A stretch of 63,348 bases of DNA, the filler included, from Octopus bimaculoides (taxonomy: Eukaryota): NCBI RefSeq assembly GCF_001194135.2. It is 6 parts of 6 records of this genome, joined end to end, with 100 filler letters (N's around TTAATTAATTAA, not from the genome) between each part and the next. Parts side by side here need not be neighbours in the genome. Positions count along the whole stretch, not along the records: positions 1 to 21,696 come from NC_068981.1; positions 21,797 to 28,585 come from NC_069003.1; 4 more parts are not named here. One strand, given 5' to 3'. Under the pieces are notes generated by a model. The model worked only from the letters and a program-made list of their open reading frames with translations, was not told where the DNA came from and ran no database searches. Numbering within the stretch: the first letter of the stretch is position 1; every line of letters starts with the position of its first letter. This document shows positions 11,720 to 22,904 of the stretch, in pieces. The translations under genes were made by a program, and so were the position numbers.

Positions 11720-11995
11720 GCATTGATAAACCACAAAATTGAAATGCCTGTCTGCCAAGTTTGTGCAGCCTACCGATGTTCATCGATGTCCATCGCCTGT
11801 GTATGACTTTCAAGCGTTTTAACATTCTGCGATTTTTGCTGCAGTCATCTCTTCCGCGCCAATGTGGCCGTCTGTCGGGGAACAACCAGAGTAGTTGCGT
11901 GGACGCCTCTGATGAGAACCCAATAAAGTTCGAAATTCAATTAAGGTTGATCACCATTTTTTCAGTCTGGGGAGAAATGGCTAAAATTTGCCCTG
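11720..11995 (+). mobile_element. Penelope-like element 3' end / pseudo-LTR
   Basis: Degenerate GIY-YIG C-terminal pattern (ALINHKIEM...DVHRLCMTFKRFN) followed by a hammerhead core. Confidence 0.55.
11905..11956 (+). ncRNA. Type I-like minimal hammerhead ribozyme motif
   Basis: CTGATGA (11909-15), stem II GAAC/GTTC with 8-nt loop, GAAA (11932-35), stem III A-T-[T]-C-A-A / T-T-G-A-T, then ATC cleavage triplet (11950-52). Stem I is weak. Confidence 0.65.
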
Positions 11996-12673
11996 TTTAT
12001 AATTATACCATATGTTACACACAAACACACAAGCACACACACACATATATATATTTGATACATTTTTAAATAATAAAATGTTGGGGTGAGAGTTATAGTA
12101 AGCATAGAGATGGTGAGGGCGGTGGCAAATCAGACAGAGACAGAGAGAGAGAGAGAGAAAGAAAAAGAGAGGGAGACAGAGAAATTTAGGGAGAGTTGAT
12201 GTTTTTATTAAAAGTAGTAGTGTTGATGGTGGCAGTGGGAGTAATAATAAGAGAGAAAGAGTGGGTATGTGAGAGAAAGAGTGAGTATGTGAGAGAAAGA
12301 GGAACTGAACACTTAACTAAGATGCTCAATTAACATACTGAACGAACACACTAATTTATCTTCTTGTGTTTGTAATGGGGTAACAGTAATAGTATGTACT
12401 ATAGTTGTGATAGAGACGCAGGAGGCGGTGATGATGGTGGTGGCTGTGGTGGTGGTGGTAGCCGATGCAGTCAGGCATGAGAGTATGCGATGTGAAAGAC
12501 AGTGGTGATGCTGGTGGAGGAGAAGGCGGTGAAGTCAAAGGTATTGATGGTGGTGGCGTCAGATGTCTGAACGCATGAAGTGTCATTGTTGGGCCCAAGG
12601 TCTAATGAAGGGCTCTCCACAGGAGCTAGCTTAAAAGCCGTCGTATTGGGGGGCTTTTCGGCTAGTATGTATG

Positions 12674-12723
<50 letters not shown>

Positions 12724-13309
12724 TGTGTGTGTATGTGTGTGTTTGTGTGTGCGTGTGCGTGTGTGTGTATGTGTGTGTTNNNNNNNNNNNNNNNNNNNNN
12801 NNNNNNNNNNNNNNNNNNNNNNNNNNNNNNNNNNNNNNNNNNNNNNNNNNNNNNNNNNNNNNNNNNNNNNNNNNNNNNNNNNNNNNNNNNNNNNNNNNNN
12901 NNNNNNNNNNNNNNNNNNNNNNNNNNNNNNNNNNNNNNNNNNNNNNNNNNNNNNNNNNNNNNNNNNNNNNNNNNNNNNNNNNNNNNNNNNNNNNNNNNNN
13001 NNNNNNNNNNNNNNNNNNNNNNNNNNNNNNNNNNNNNNNNNNNNNNNNNNNNNNNNNNNNNNNNNNNNNNNNNNNNNNNNNNNNNNNNNNNNNNNNNNNN
13101 NNNNNNNNNNNNNNNNNNNNNNNNNNNNNNNNNNNNNNNNNNNNNNNNNNNNNNNNNNNNNNNNNNNNNNNNNNNNNNNNNNNNNNNNNNNNNNNNNNNN
13201 NNNNNNNNNNNNNNNNNNNNNNNNNNNNNNNNNNNNNNNNNNNNNNNNNNNNNNNNNNNNNNNNNNNNNNNNNNNNNNNNNNNNNNNNNNNNNNNNNNNN
13301 NNNNNNNNN

Positions 13310-13344
<35 letters not shown>

Positions 13345-13897
13345 GGAGAGAGAGAGAGGGAGTTGTAGATGTATGGATATAAATTCAGATAGGTGATTTG
13401 AAGAATTTTTAAATAAATCTCCTGTACTTTATGATAAGGTACCAAGGTGGGAAACTGAGGAAGAAATTACTTACCTTTGACCGTCATAACAAACCTCAGC
13501 AAAGTTTCTATATGGTATTAAAGAACACATTTCTCATCATACACTCCATAGATGAATTCCCAAAACTTTTTTCACTATGCTGACTCACGATGAAAATAAA
13601 AACTGTTATCTCTCAGCTCAAAATATAACATTCAAAATATATCTATGGCATGATTTACATAAAGGATCTTTGTCCGTTTCGACAATGAGCAATTGTTTAA
13701 TCAACTGAACTACTTATTAAATTAGCGTGTAAATAGATGATTATTCCAAATATATTTGTACTGTTTATGCAAACATCATGCAAAATCAATATGCCACTGT
13801 CTTATGAGAAGGCTAATTATTTGAGTTACCTGTACTGCCTGTCCAACGACCCCCATATATCTTCCGTCTGTCTCTTTTTTTTTTTTTTTCACAATGT

Positions 13898-14010
13898 TTC
13901 GGTCGGTTTGAGACTTAGATAAAAGCCACTTGCCCAGAGTGTCACTGTTTATCGACCGGTCAACTTCAGAATTGTGAAGTGAACCTACTTAAGCATACGG
14001 TCAAGCCTGC
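13898..14010 (-). mobile_element. Highly decayed tRNA-derived SINE head
   Basis: Reverse complement contains TGGGCAAGTGGCTTTTATCTAAG, similar to the SINE heads at 18701 and 39144. Confidence 0.4.
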
Positions 14011-16399
14011 ATTCATCAATCATGATATAACTACAACGTAAATGAGATAAAGTAAATTATTAATCCATGCAACACACAAGGCAGTATTCAACAGAGTGCA
14101 TATTTTCCTAGCTTGTTTTCGAAGTATTACTAAGTCTTGTATACGAAAACGTACATTGCTATCAAAAGAATTTATACGAGCAATATCAAGGTTTTAAGAT
14201 ATTCAGAAATGTTTCATTTAGTATCCAGCCACATACTGGTTACTAGCACAAACTCTGAGAAAGCAACTAACAAATAGGTAGGTTATTTCTTTAAAAATCC
14301 TAATTGCTTGTGTGTGGAATCATCAATCAGAAATTGTTTTGCGTGTGAATCAATTGTTTGTGTGTGAAAGCATCAATCAGAACGAAAATTATGAGTGAAT
14401 TTTAACTAACCTCCAAGTATGGTTATATCAAAACACCTAAATATGTGATTTGATGCTCATCGTTTTTCAAATTAGTAGACCCTTTTATCATAGTCAAAAC
14501 AATCGATAATCTGATTAATACTATATACAGCAGACAATTATAATACCAATTCAAGTCACGAATTTCTTGAAATGTTCAATATTGTGAACTACCAAAGCTA
14601 TAGCAGTTTCCTTGATGCAGAATCTTTGTGACCGTATCGGTTCACATAGCCATTATCACTACAAAGATAAGTCGAATTTGGCACTCTCTTACATTACCCA
14701 TTTTACCTCTACTCAAAACAAATTTTGCGGAAAGAAATCAATTAGTATGAATTGCTCTAAGAATGCAGTTCCTGTCTCCATCCAGGAACTTTAAATGAGG
14801 CTGAAACAGTTTTCCCTATCAGTTAAACATTTTTCAATTACTGTGGATATCTGTTCAAGGCAATTACCCAGTTCCATAAGAGGGAACTTTACATAATCGA
14901 ATAGCGTGTTGGAAATAGAAGAGAGATCATCTTAAAACTCTGCCTACTGTCTTAAAGCAAGAATATATTGAGAAATACATGTTATTGAGTGAAAAAAGAA
15001 CCGGGGTGATCACGATGCTCTAAAGTGAAACAACATTATCAACAATAGTAGCAATGGCAACAGTATCAAACACAGCTTTTGTTATAGGTAAATATAAAAC
15101 GTTTTCCAATCAAGCTAATACTCTTAAAGATAAGTTCGAAGCCAGTTTAACCTTGGAATTTACTTCAGATTCTAACATCAATAACGAACAGCGTATCTTG
15201 ATTTTTGAAAATGGCGGTCTCTGATAACGAATTGGAAACTTACGATAACAACGCTATCAAGTAATATATATTGAAAGAAATGACACTTCACTCAAAGTAA
15301 ACATGTCTATTTATCAAAATACCTCGAAAAAGAGTGTTTGCTATAAATTCAATTTCCATTATCTTAGCTACATAAATATTTTCTATTGAGCAGTATTTAG
15401 TTAAAAACCATGTTTCGTAGAGCAAGCTTCAACTACAGGATCACTCAATCTCTAGAAACAACAACTAAATCTCTCTAAAATCATATACTAGATTTTTTTA
15501 AAATGATCAGGGACTTATATATTCTAAATACACTTAAAAATGTGGTATGCCCACAGTTGAAATGCATTTTCGACCATATGCCTGCTCGACTAAGGTTGCC
15601 CTTACTCTTTCAGTAGAAAGCAAATACCTATATTCTATAGCAAGCGCTACAGTTAACAGTAAGCATAGTAAGATTTTATCGATCATAATATAATCTCATA
15701 CACAACACAAAGTCTTCATCCGTATTATAACTGGATTAATGTACTATTCTATGCTTTTTTTTCTAAAGAGATATAATTTTCCCTTTAAAATGATATGCAG
15801 TTGCTTAAAAATTAATTTTATTTTTATTTTAATATTTTAATAAAATTTACATATGAGGCAATGAAAGATCCATGACGAAACATGCAGCTACAATCAAAAC
15901 AGTTGAACCATAACATCAACAGAAGAATCTTCTACAACAGCTGAACACTGCACAGATGAAAAGAGATTCGAGATTACTTGCTGGATGTGTGGTTGTAATT
16001 CAAAATAACGAAGCAAAATAACTGGGAATGACTTAAGGTTTGAAACTTTGGTGGTGGTGGTGGGGATTTGGTCAATAAAGGGAACCGTTTGACAGAGGAG
16101 ATTGTATTCCAGTTAGAATGTTTTTCTATGTCGAAAGTGTTGGGACCATGACGTTGCTTCATCTGCAAAAAATAGCAGCTAAATTTTCCATGTCATTGTA
16201 TACACCCAACCATCTTACAAACACGGTAACTAAAATCTATTTGAAACTACATCTGGAGAACGTTTTGCATATTAAAACAGATATGGTTTAGTCTTATGTA
16301 GTATATTAACTTGGAACATAGCCTAACTGACTATATTCTTGTAATTCAAAGACAAAACTCTTGCTTTAGAGATTTTGTCCTCTAATTGCCAGGACAAAA

Positions 16400-16540
16400 A
16401 GTAAAACAACAGGTAGTAAATGGATCCTCAGTGGAAATAAAATGTTATTCTACACAGAGCACAAGGATCAACATAATCATGGATGTGAGATTGTGTTGAG
16501 CAAAGAGGAAACACATGCGTCGAATGGAAGGTAACCTTTC
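16400..16540 (+). mobile_element. APE-endonuclease fragment of an RTE-like LINE
   Basis: TGSKWILSGNKMLFYTEHKDQHNHGCEIVLSKE resembles the TG.G...LYSG...H..GVGI.L motif. Confidence 0.4.
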
Positions 16541-17325
16541 AAGAACACAATTTGACAACACCTTTAATCAAGACTTTCAAATAGTTATCGTGATTGTCGA
16601 TGCACTAAGTGAAATAGGTCCGATAATATCAGCTAATCTAAATTTCTAGGAAGTAAAGGCATTAAAAAGAGGAGTGAATCTGCTATTGAAAGCAAACTGG
16701 TGAAAGTAAAGGATTATTTCGATCATTATTTGGGTGATGAGTGTGAAAGGACGAAAACGAAGATGAGCTGGTTATATCTAGAACACTTTTGATCAGCGGT
16801 TTGCTTGGTTAGAACATTTGTGGGCTAAATAACAACAATAAAAACGGCGTCGACGACGATGGTGACGAGGATGGAAACAACAAAGAAAATCTAAATTGCT
16901 GATCATTCAGAATATCGATCGCTGTAGCTTTCTGTCACTTTGCTCATATTAAGTGAATCTCTTTGTTACATTATATATTGCAATGTTGTTCTTGTTGTCA
17001 ACCATATATCAGAATATAGTTTGTTGCAAAATACTAACAAGTTTATCTGTCATACTAATATATTCGCTGTATTTCGATGTTTATTGCCGTTGACCAAAAT
17101 TCCCGTTGAAAATCTTCATATGAATTTCTCTGTAATAAATATGCCATATCGCCAATTATGTCAAACAAAATGCACCACTGTTTCGCACGCTTAAACGAAT
17201 TTGTACCACATCAATGTATTAGAAAATTGTTCAATGATTGATACACATGATCAGAAATTGTCAAAGACTTTACACTATTTTCAAGGGTGTCACATACCGG
17301 GAATCGATATATCTCGCTATATATA

Positions 17326-17985
17326 TTGTACTGAGTCATACCGTTTACAATATTTTGATAATTTATTTGTTTTATCCACAAGTTACAACAAAAGCGGCCT
17401 AGCATTCAAAGTAGATGACATCATGCTTCACCACCTGAATCCACCTTTCTGCTAGCTCTTTGATCCTGCGCTGATACCAGTTCTTGTCCTTCGAGGCAAA
17501 GAACTTCTTCACTGAAGCATCCAATTCCTCTTGGTCGATGAAGAGTTGCGATCGCAGAAAGTGAGTAATTGATCGGAATAAGTAACAATCCGCGAGAGCT
17601 GGGTCCGAACTATATGCTCCGTATAACACCAGTTCGATTCCTTCAAGTTCTGGTAGTTTATTCCGGTATGACATCTTGCTTTGTCTTGCTGCAGAAGAGC
17701 TCGCTTTCTGTTAATCGATGCCTGGTATTTTTGCTGCTCAATGGCATACATCCGCTTCAGCTATTCAGTTTATAGGTTAGTATCGATGGTTCGACCGTCC
17801 GAAACGAACGCCCAGTGAATCATCTCTTCATAATTCCACCAGACGCGAAACATCACCTTTTGTCCGAAACGTTCATGTCTGACATCAAATTCCAGAAACT
17901 GGCATTTGCTTAACCACTGCTTATGCACGTTTGGACTGCAAAAAATATCCCTTTGCTCTGATCCATGGCTCCGTTCCTGCACTCT
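17326..17985 (-). mobile_element. mariner 3' half with terminal inverted repeat
   Basis: QKVMFRVWWNYEE, LLQQDKARCH, YSSDPALADCYLFRS (YSPDLAPSD-like) and IKELAERW...YFEC*. TIR ends TGACTCAGTACAA followed by TA. Confidence 0.88.
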
Positions 17986-17994
17986 TGATTCATC

Positions 17995-18204
17995 AAGTCA
18001 CACAAAGTGAAAGCTTCAGTGAATGAATTCTTTGTCTTGAAGGACAAGACGTGATCAGCATATGATCAAAGAACTAGCAGAAAGATGGTTTCAGACGCTG
18101 CAATGTGATGGCCTTCACTTTGAATGCTTAGCTGCTTTTGAGGTGTCTTCACCAATAAAGAATATAAGTTATCAAAATATTACAAAACTCTTGACTCAAC
18201 ACAA
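17995..18204 (+). mobile_element. mariner 3' end of the same family, opposite orientation
   Basis: IKELAERWFQTLQCDGLHFEC*. TIR TGACTCAACACAA followed by TA at 18205. Confidence 0.85.
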
Positions 18205-18263
18205 TATTTCACTCTCATGTTGTATTTATCTATTAACCGATGTATTTAAGTAATATACATGCA

Positions 18264-18305
<42 letters not shown>

Positions 18306-18700
18306 NNNNNNNNNNNNNNNNNNNNNNNNNNNNNNNNNNNNNNNNNNNNNNNNNNNNNNNNNNNNNNNNNNNNNNNNNNNNNNNNNNNNNNNNNNNNNNN
18401 NNNNNNNNNNNNNNNNNNNNNNNNNNNNNNNNNNNNNNNNNNNNNNNNNNNNNNNNNNNNNNNNNNNNNNNNNNNNNNNNNNNNNNNNNNNNNNNNNNNN
18501 NNNNNNNNNNNNNNNNNNNNNNNNNNNNNNNNNNNNNNNNNNNNNNNNNNNNNNNNNNNNNNNNNNNNNNNNNNNNNNNNNNNNNNNNNNNNNNNNNNNN
18601 NNNNNNNNNNNNNNNNNNNNNNNNNNNNNNNNNNNNNNNNNNNNNNNNNNNNNNNNNNNNNNNNNNNNNNNNNNNNNNNATATATATATATATATATATA

Positions 18701-18800
18701 CGCGCAGGGACGGCTGTGTAGTACGAAGTTTCTTTACAAGTCATATACTTCCGGTTTCAGTCCTACTGTGTGTCGCCTTGGACAAGTGTCTTCTACTATA
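18701..18800 (+). mobile_element. tRNA-derived SINE head
   Basis: GGTTTCAGTCCTACTG B-box-like motif, then CCTTGGACAAGTGTCTTCTACTATAGC body shared with other copies. Confidence 0.75.
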
Positions 18801-19400
18801 GCAAATTGTTTAGATGTAACTTTAGACCTTAATACATCAACCTATTCTCCCTTCCGTAAACTTAATGAATATCTGAAATATATAAACGTTAGATCAAACC
18901 ATCATATATTATTACTTAATAGTATATTAAATAGTATATCTACTAGAGTATCTGAGCTATCTTATAATGAAGAAAGTTTTAATAATCACACTAATTATTA
19001 CAACCAGGCTTTAGGTGCTAGTCGGTTCAAACGAAACATTAAATATATTAAGGATACTAAACTAAAGATTTACATAACACAAATGGAATTAACCAAAGTA
19101 CATGTAATACTAAAATAAGAAATAAAGACAACCTCAACTATAAAAATAACACTCAATTAATACAAAATGAAGAAACTTCTATAAAATACAACAAAAAATG
19201 TGGAAAAAGTGATGATAGACAAAGAAATAAATATAGTAATAACAATAAACAGCAAAAATACACAAATCCTGAAATCACTATATAATTGTAATAAACTATA
19301 TTATAAGAGTGGAAAGAGAGAAATCATTTGGTATAAACCTCCATTTTCATTAAATGTTAAGTGTTTAGCAACAAGTTTTTAATTATAGTTAAAAAAGCAT
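18801..19400 (+). mobile_element. Penelope-like element RT C-terminus/thumb and linker
   Basis: CLDVTLDLNTSTYSPFRKLNEYLKYINVRSNH...ISTRVSELSYNEESFNNH..YYNQALGAS.F and KREIIWYKPPFSLNVK. Confidence 0.8.
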
Positions 19401-19432
19401 CCCTAGTAATCATAAATATCACCACACACACA

Positions 19433-19483
<51 letters not shown>

Positions 19484-19499
19484 TTCCGTGAGAGTAAGA

Positions 19500-19620
19500 A
19501 CAACAAAAAATTACTTCAGCTGGTGAGAGATGAATATCGTTTAATAAACACTGTATATATTTGTATATGCTACTAATAGTTTCATGCAGTCAAACTGACT
19601 CCGACAGGATTTTGTAAAAT
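19500..19620 (+). repeat. Dispersed repeat, homologous to 11180-11290
   Basis: See the 11180-11290 entry. Confidence 0.75.
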
Positions 19621-20149
19621 GTCTGGTGCCTCTTGTAAACATACCATATATATATATATATGCTATGTGGGTGAGATTTTCCCACATATCTGTATAAAAC
19701 CTTGCTAACAGGCTCTTGTTTAGTATTTTCTTTATAATATATATTAAACGCTTTATCCGTGTAACTTGGCCTATATTTTGATTATATTATGATTAGAGAT
19801 TCTAAAATAATTGTCCGATTCCGGCATGTGGTATCTAATTTATAAATCAATCCACCATGGAAAGTCAAACTAATCTGAAAACCCTGCTCTTTACAGCTGT
19901 TCTTTTTTATATTTCAACGGTTGATGTGTGATTTCCTATAAAAAGCCTCATGCTTTTAAAGTACTAAACAAACCAGTTGTATACATACATGCATACATAC
20001 ATACGTACATACATGAATACATACATACATACATACATGCATACATACATACATACATACATACATGCATGCATGCATGCATGTATACATACATACATAC
20101 ATACATACGCTCAGCAAACCTGAAAAAGACCATGCAGGAATATGTTTTC

Positions 20150-20700
20150 TGAAGATTTGAAAACAGTAATATTGACTTGAAGCGAAGCCTCTCTTTGACC
20201 AGTGACCGCTACATCACATCACACTTCCAAGGCTTTCAATTTGCAATACAAGAACAGGAGATGGTTACGAAATACCTAATATTCAAAAGAAATAGTGGAG
20301 CCCTTGGAGCTCCAAGCTGTGACAAAAAATGTAGATTATGTCAAATGTTTGTGGAAGGCATCTCATATGTGATTAGCAGCTGTCCAAAAATGTCCTGAAG
20401 ATATCATTTGCCTATGCGACTCGACGTTGCTGCGAAAACAATATACAATGCAATTAGAATAAATGCAGACAATCCCCCTGTTATTAGATACATACACAAA
20501 TATCAACACAAGGAATACTGGTGGAACATTCCTATCAAAACATCTGTCATGTGCAAGCATAACAGGCCGGATGTTTTTGTTTCGGATCGACAGATGTGGA
20601 TATCGTTTGAATTTTCAAAGAGAAAAGGGATAACCATGGTCAACTACTTCGAATCTTCCAGTTTCTATATCCAGATTATAATTTCACATTTATACCAATA
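20150..20700 (+). mobile_element. RLE-type non-LTR retrotransposon fragment (a third, distinct family)
   Basis: FQGFQFAIQEQEMVTKY, CRLC...EGISYVISSC, MRLDVAAKTIYNAI and EYWWNIPIKT..CKHNRPDV. Confidence 0.78.
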
Positions 20701-21139
20701 ATAATTAGTGTACTTCGCTGTGACGATCAGAAAATGAAATCAACCAAATTAGCTCGCACATTATAAATGCATGCCGTAAGTGGGACTGTAAAAATATGCA
20801 AGCGTTTTCCCGTATAAAATGTGACATTGTTTTTGTTATCTACATTCCAACGATGAGGCTTTGTATATTTGTTGCAGACCATCCCCTTCCACTGAGGAAG
20901 AATTTAGATAATCAAAAATAGAAGAGGACATACATACATACCTACATACATACACACACACAAGTGTGTTTACGGACGTGTTGATTTACATATAAATAAA
21001 TTGCTATGTAATTATTTCGAGTGACATTATGACGATTTACGTTGCACGTTAATTCAAAACTTGCTTTGCAAAATCGAATTCACACGCATTGCAATTTGCC
21101 ACTAATACGTAAGTTCTCATGAATACATTTATATCGTTT

Positions 21140-21696
21140 ACTAGCAGAGATACCCGGCGTTGCCCGTGTTACATGCAATTGAAAAATGAGACTTTTCTGT
21201 TATATTTTCTGTAAGGAACTGGAATACATATGATTCGAATTTCATCAAAATTGCACATGAGGGTTCTTTCCCTCTTTACACACCCTAAAAAAATTCTAAT
21301 CATGAGACATGTATCCCATACTATTGATCTTTATGCGCATATTCCAAAATTTCAGTCTTCTGGAACCTTTAAAAAAGATTTCGCTCCTGCAAAATGGAGC
21401 TCATGGAGCTCTAAAATGTGGGAATGAAGGCCCCTATTGGGGGTGGGGGTGTTAATGTCAACCAGAGAAGTTGAATTATTGGGAATGTTTTTACTTGGGT
21501 CTTATAGTATGCCTGTATATATGTGAGAGTATAGTCTCACTTTAATAGTTTCAGTATGAAATTAAAAATATTAAAGTGAAAATATTTGAAATTACAGTAG
21601 CGACATGTTATTGTTTCACTTTTGACACGTAATACTTAAATAGTGGAGGAGATATGATGTTGCTGTGGTCTCGAACTATGCAAGAAGTTAAAAAAA
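21140..21696. mobile_element. Non-autonomous Helitron/Helentron (DINE-1-like) element, truncated by a gap
   Basis: Begins ACTAGCAGAGATACCCGGCGTTGCCCG, a typical Helentron-associated terminus. Confidence 0.5.
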
Positions 21697-21740
21697 NNNN
21701 NNNNNNNNNNNNNNNNNNNNNNNNNNNNNNNNNNNNNNNN

Positions 21741-21752
21741 TTAATTAATTAA
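21741..21752. other. Assembly join spacer (N44-TTAATTAATTAA-N44); also at 28630-41, 58260-71, 61046-57 and 62201-12
   Basis: Identical palindromic all-frame-stop 12-mer centred in five 100-nt N blocks. Confidence 0.95.
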
Positions 21753-21965
21753 NNNNNNNNNNNNNNNNNNNNNNNNNNNNNNNNNNNNNNNNNNNNGTCT
21801 CTTGTGTTGTTTTTTTTTTCTGAATCACGTCGGGGGTCACCAGTTATAAGAATTGGATGAGATATGACGGCTCGGCCATTTCTCCCCAGTTCTTATATTA
21901 ATCATTAAAATCCAGAAATACAACAACACGAGGGATAACGGTAACAACAGATCAATAATTTATTC

Positions 21966-22253
21966 TAGGTTGGTGTAGAGCCTTTTTGTTCCTGGGTGAA
22001 CAGGCATGCCGCTAGAATACCAAGGAAGCTTCGACCACATGTCGGTATCGAGTTGAGAGAGCACTGGAAGAACGTGTTGTCGCGACAACTGCTAGATAGA
22101 GAAGAGAGGTCGAACGCTATTGCTCTCTCTCCACCTGTTGCATTGTGCATGCGTGCTCGAGTACTTCCGCTGACGGCATGTCCCTTGCACATGCGCAATG
22201 GCACTTCCCAAGATGGTGGCCAATGGCGGCCACACGCGCCACTACACATCCTA
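21966..22253. mobile_element. CpG-rich 288-bp element bounded by inverted repeats (MITE or solo LTR)
   Basis: Left TAGGTTGGTGTAG versus right reverse complement TAGGATGTGTAG; inner TGTAG (21974)...CTACA (22246). Confidence 0.5.
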
Positions 22254-22904
22254 AACGGTGATTGCACTGTCCTTTCTTTCAATTCTATGACTTTCTACCC
22301 TATTGTAGTGAGTTACAAGGTAGTAAGCCTCTCTTACATCCCCTATGAACTATACAATCATTTGTTATGATCAGACAAATTCTTAGGTATAAAAAGGAGT
22401 GAACTTCTGAACGCAACAACAGAATTGAAAAATCAGTGAATTAACATTCAAGGATGAAATTATGTAACAAAAATGTATTTTATATAAGTCAATTAAAGGA
22501 TATATTTGATATTTTAGTGATCCATTTGCAAATAAGTTAATATCCAAAGAATTTAACGTCCAGTATTCTATTGTTCATAGTTATGTTGTAAATGGTCCGA
22601 TCCGTATGCAGCTCTCTCTCCTATTTTTTACTGTCAATACAATGCCGTTAAAAAAAAACCATTGTCTAGGCAATGTCATGCCAAAAAAGTCATTTTATAT
22701 CTCTCATCACAAACGCTTATCTCCACTCAACCAGATTTTGAAGCTTCATTCAGAAAACATTCTAAGTTCTCTCCCTTCATTATATTTTCTCGTTATTTAC
22801 ACTGATTATAGATATACATAACACATAATACAGTAGCACCTGTAATATTATAATTTATAAAACCGCATCCAATGACATACTCATCTTAATTTATTTATAC
22901 ATAT

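Noticed and set aside
12356-12665. His/Pro/Thr-rich minus-strand ORFs resembling a transcription-factor exon
   Set aside because: Derived from degenerate (ACC)/(ATC) repeats; no frame stays open and no domain is recognisable.
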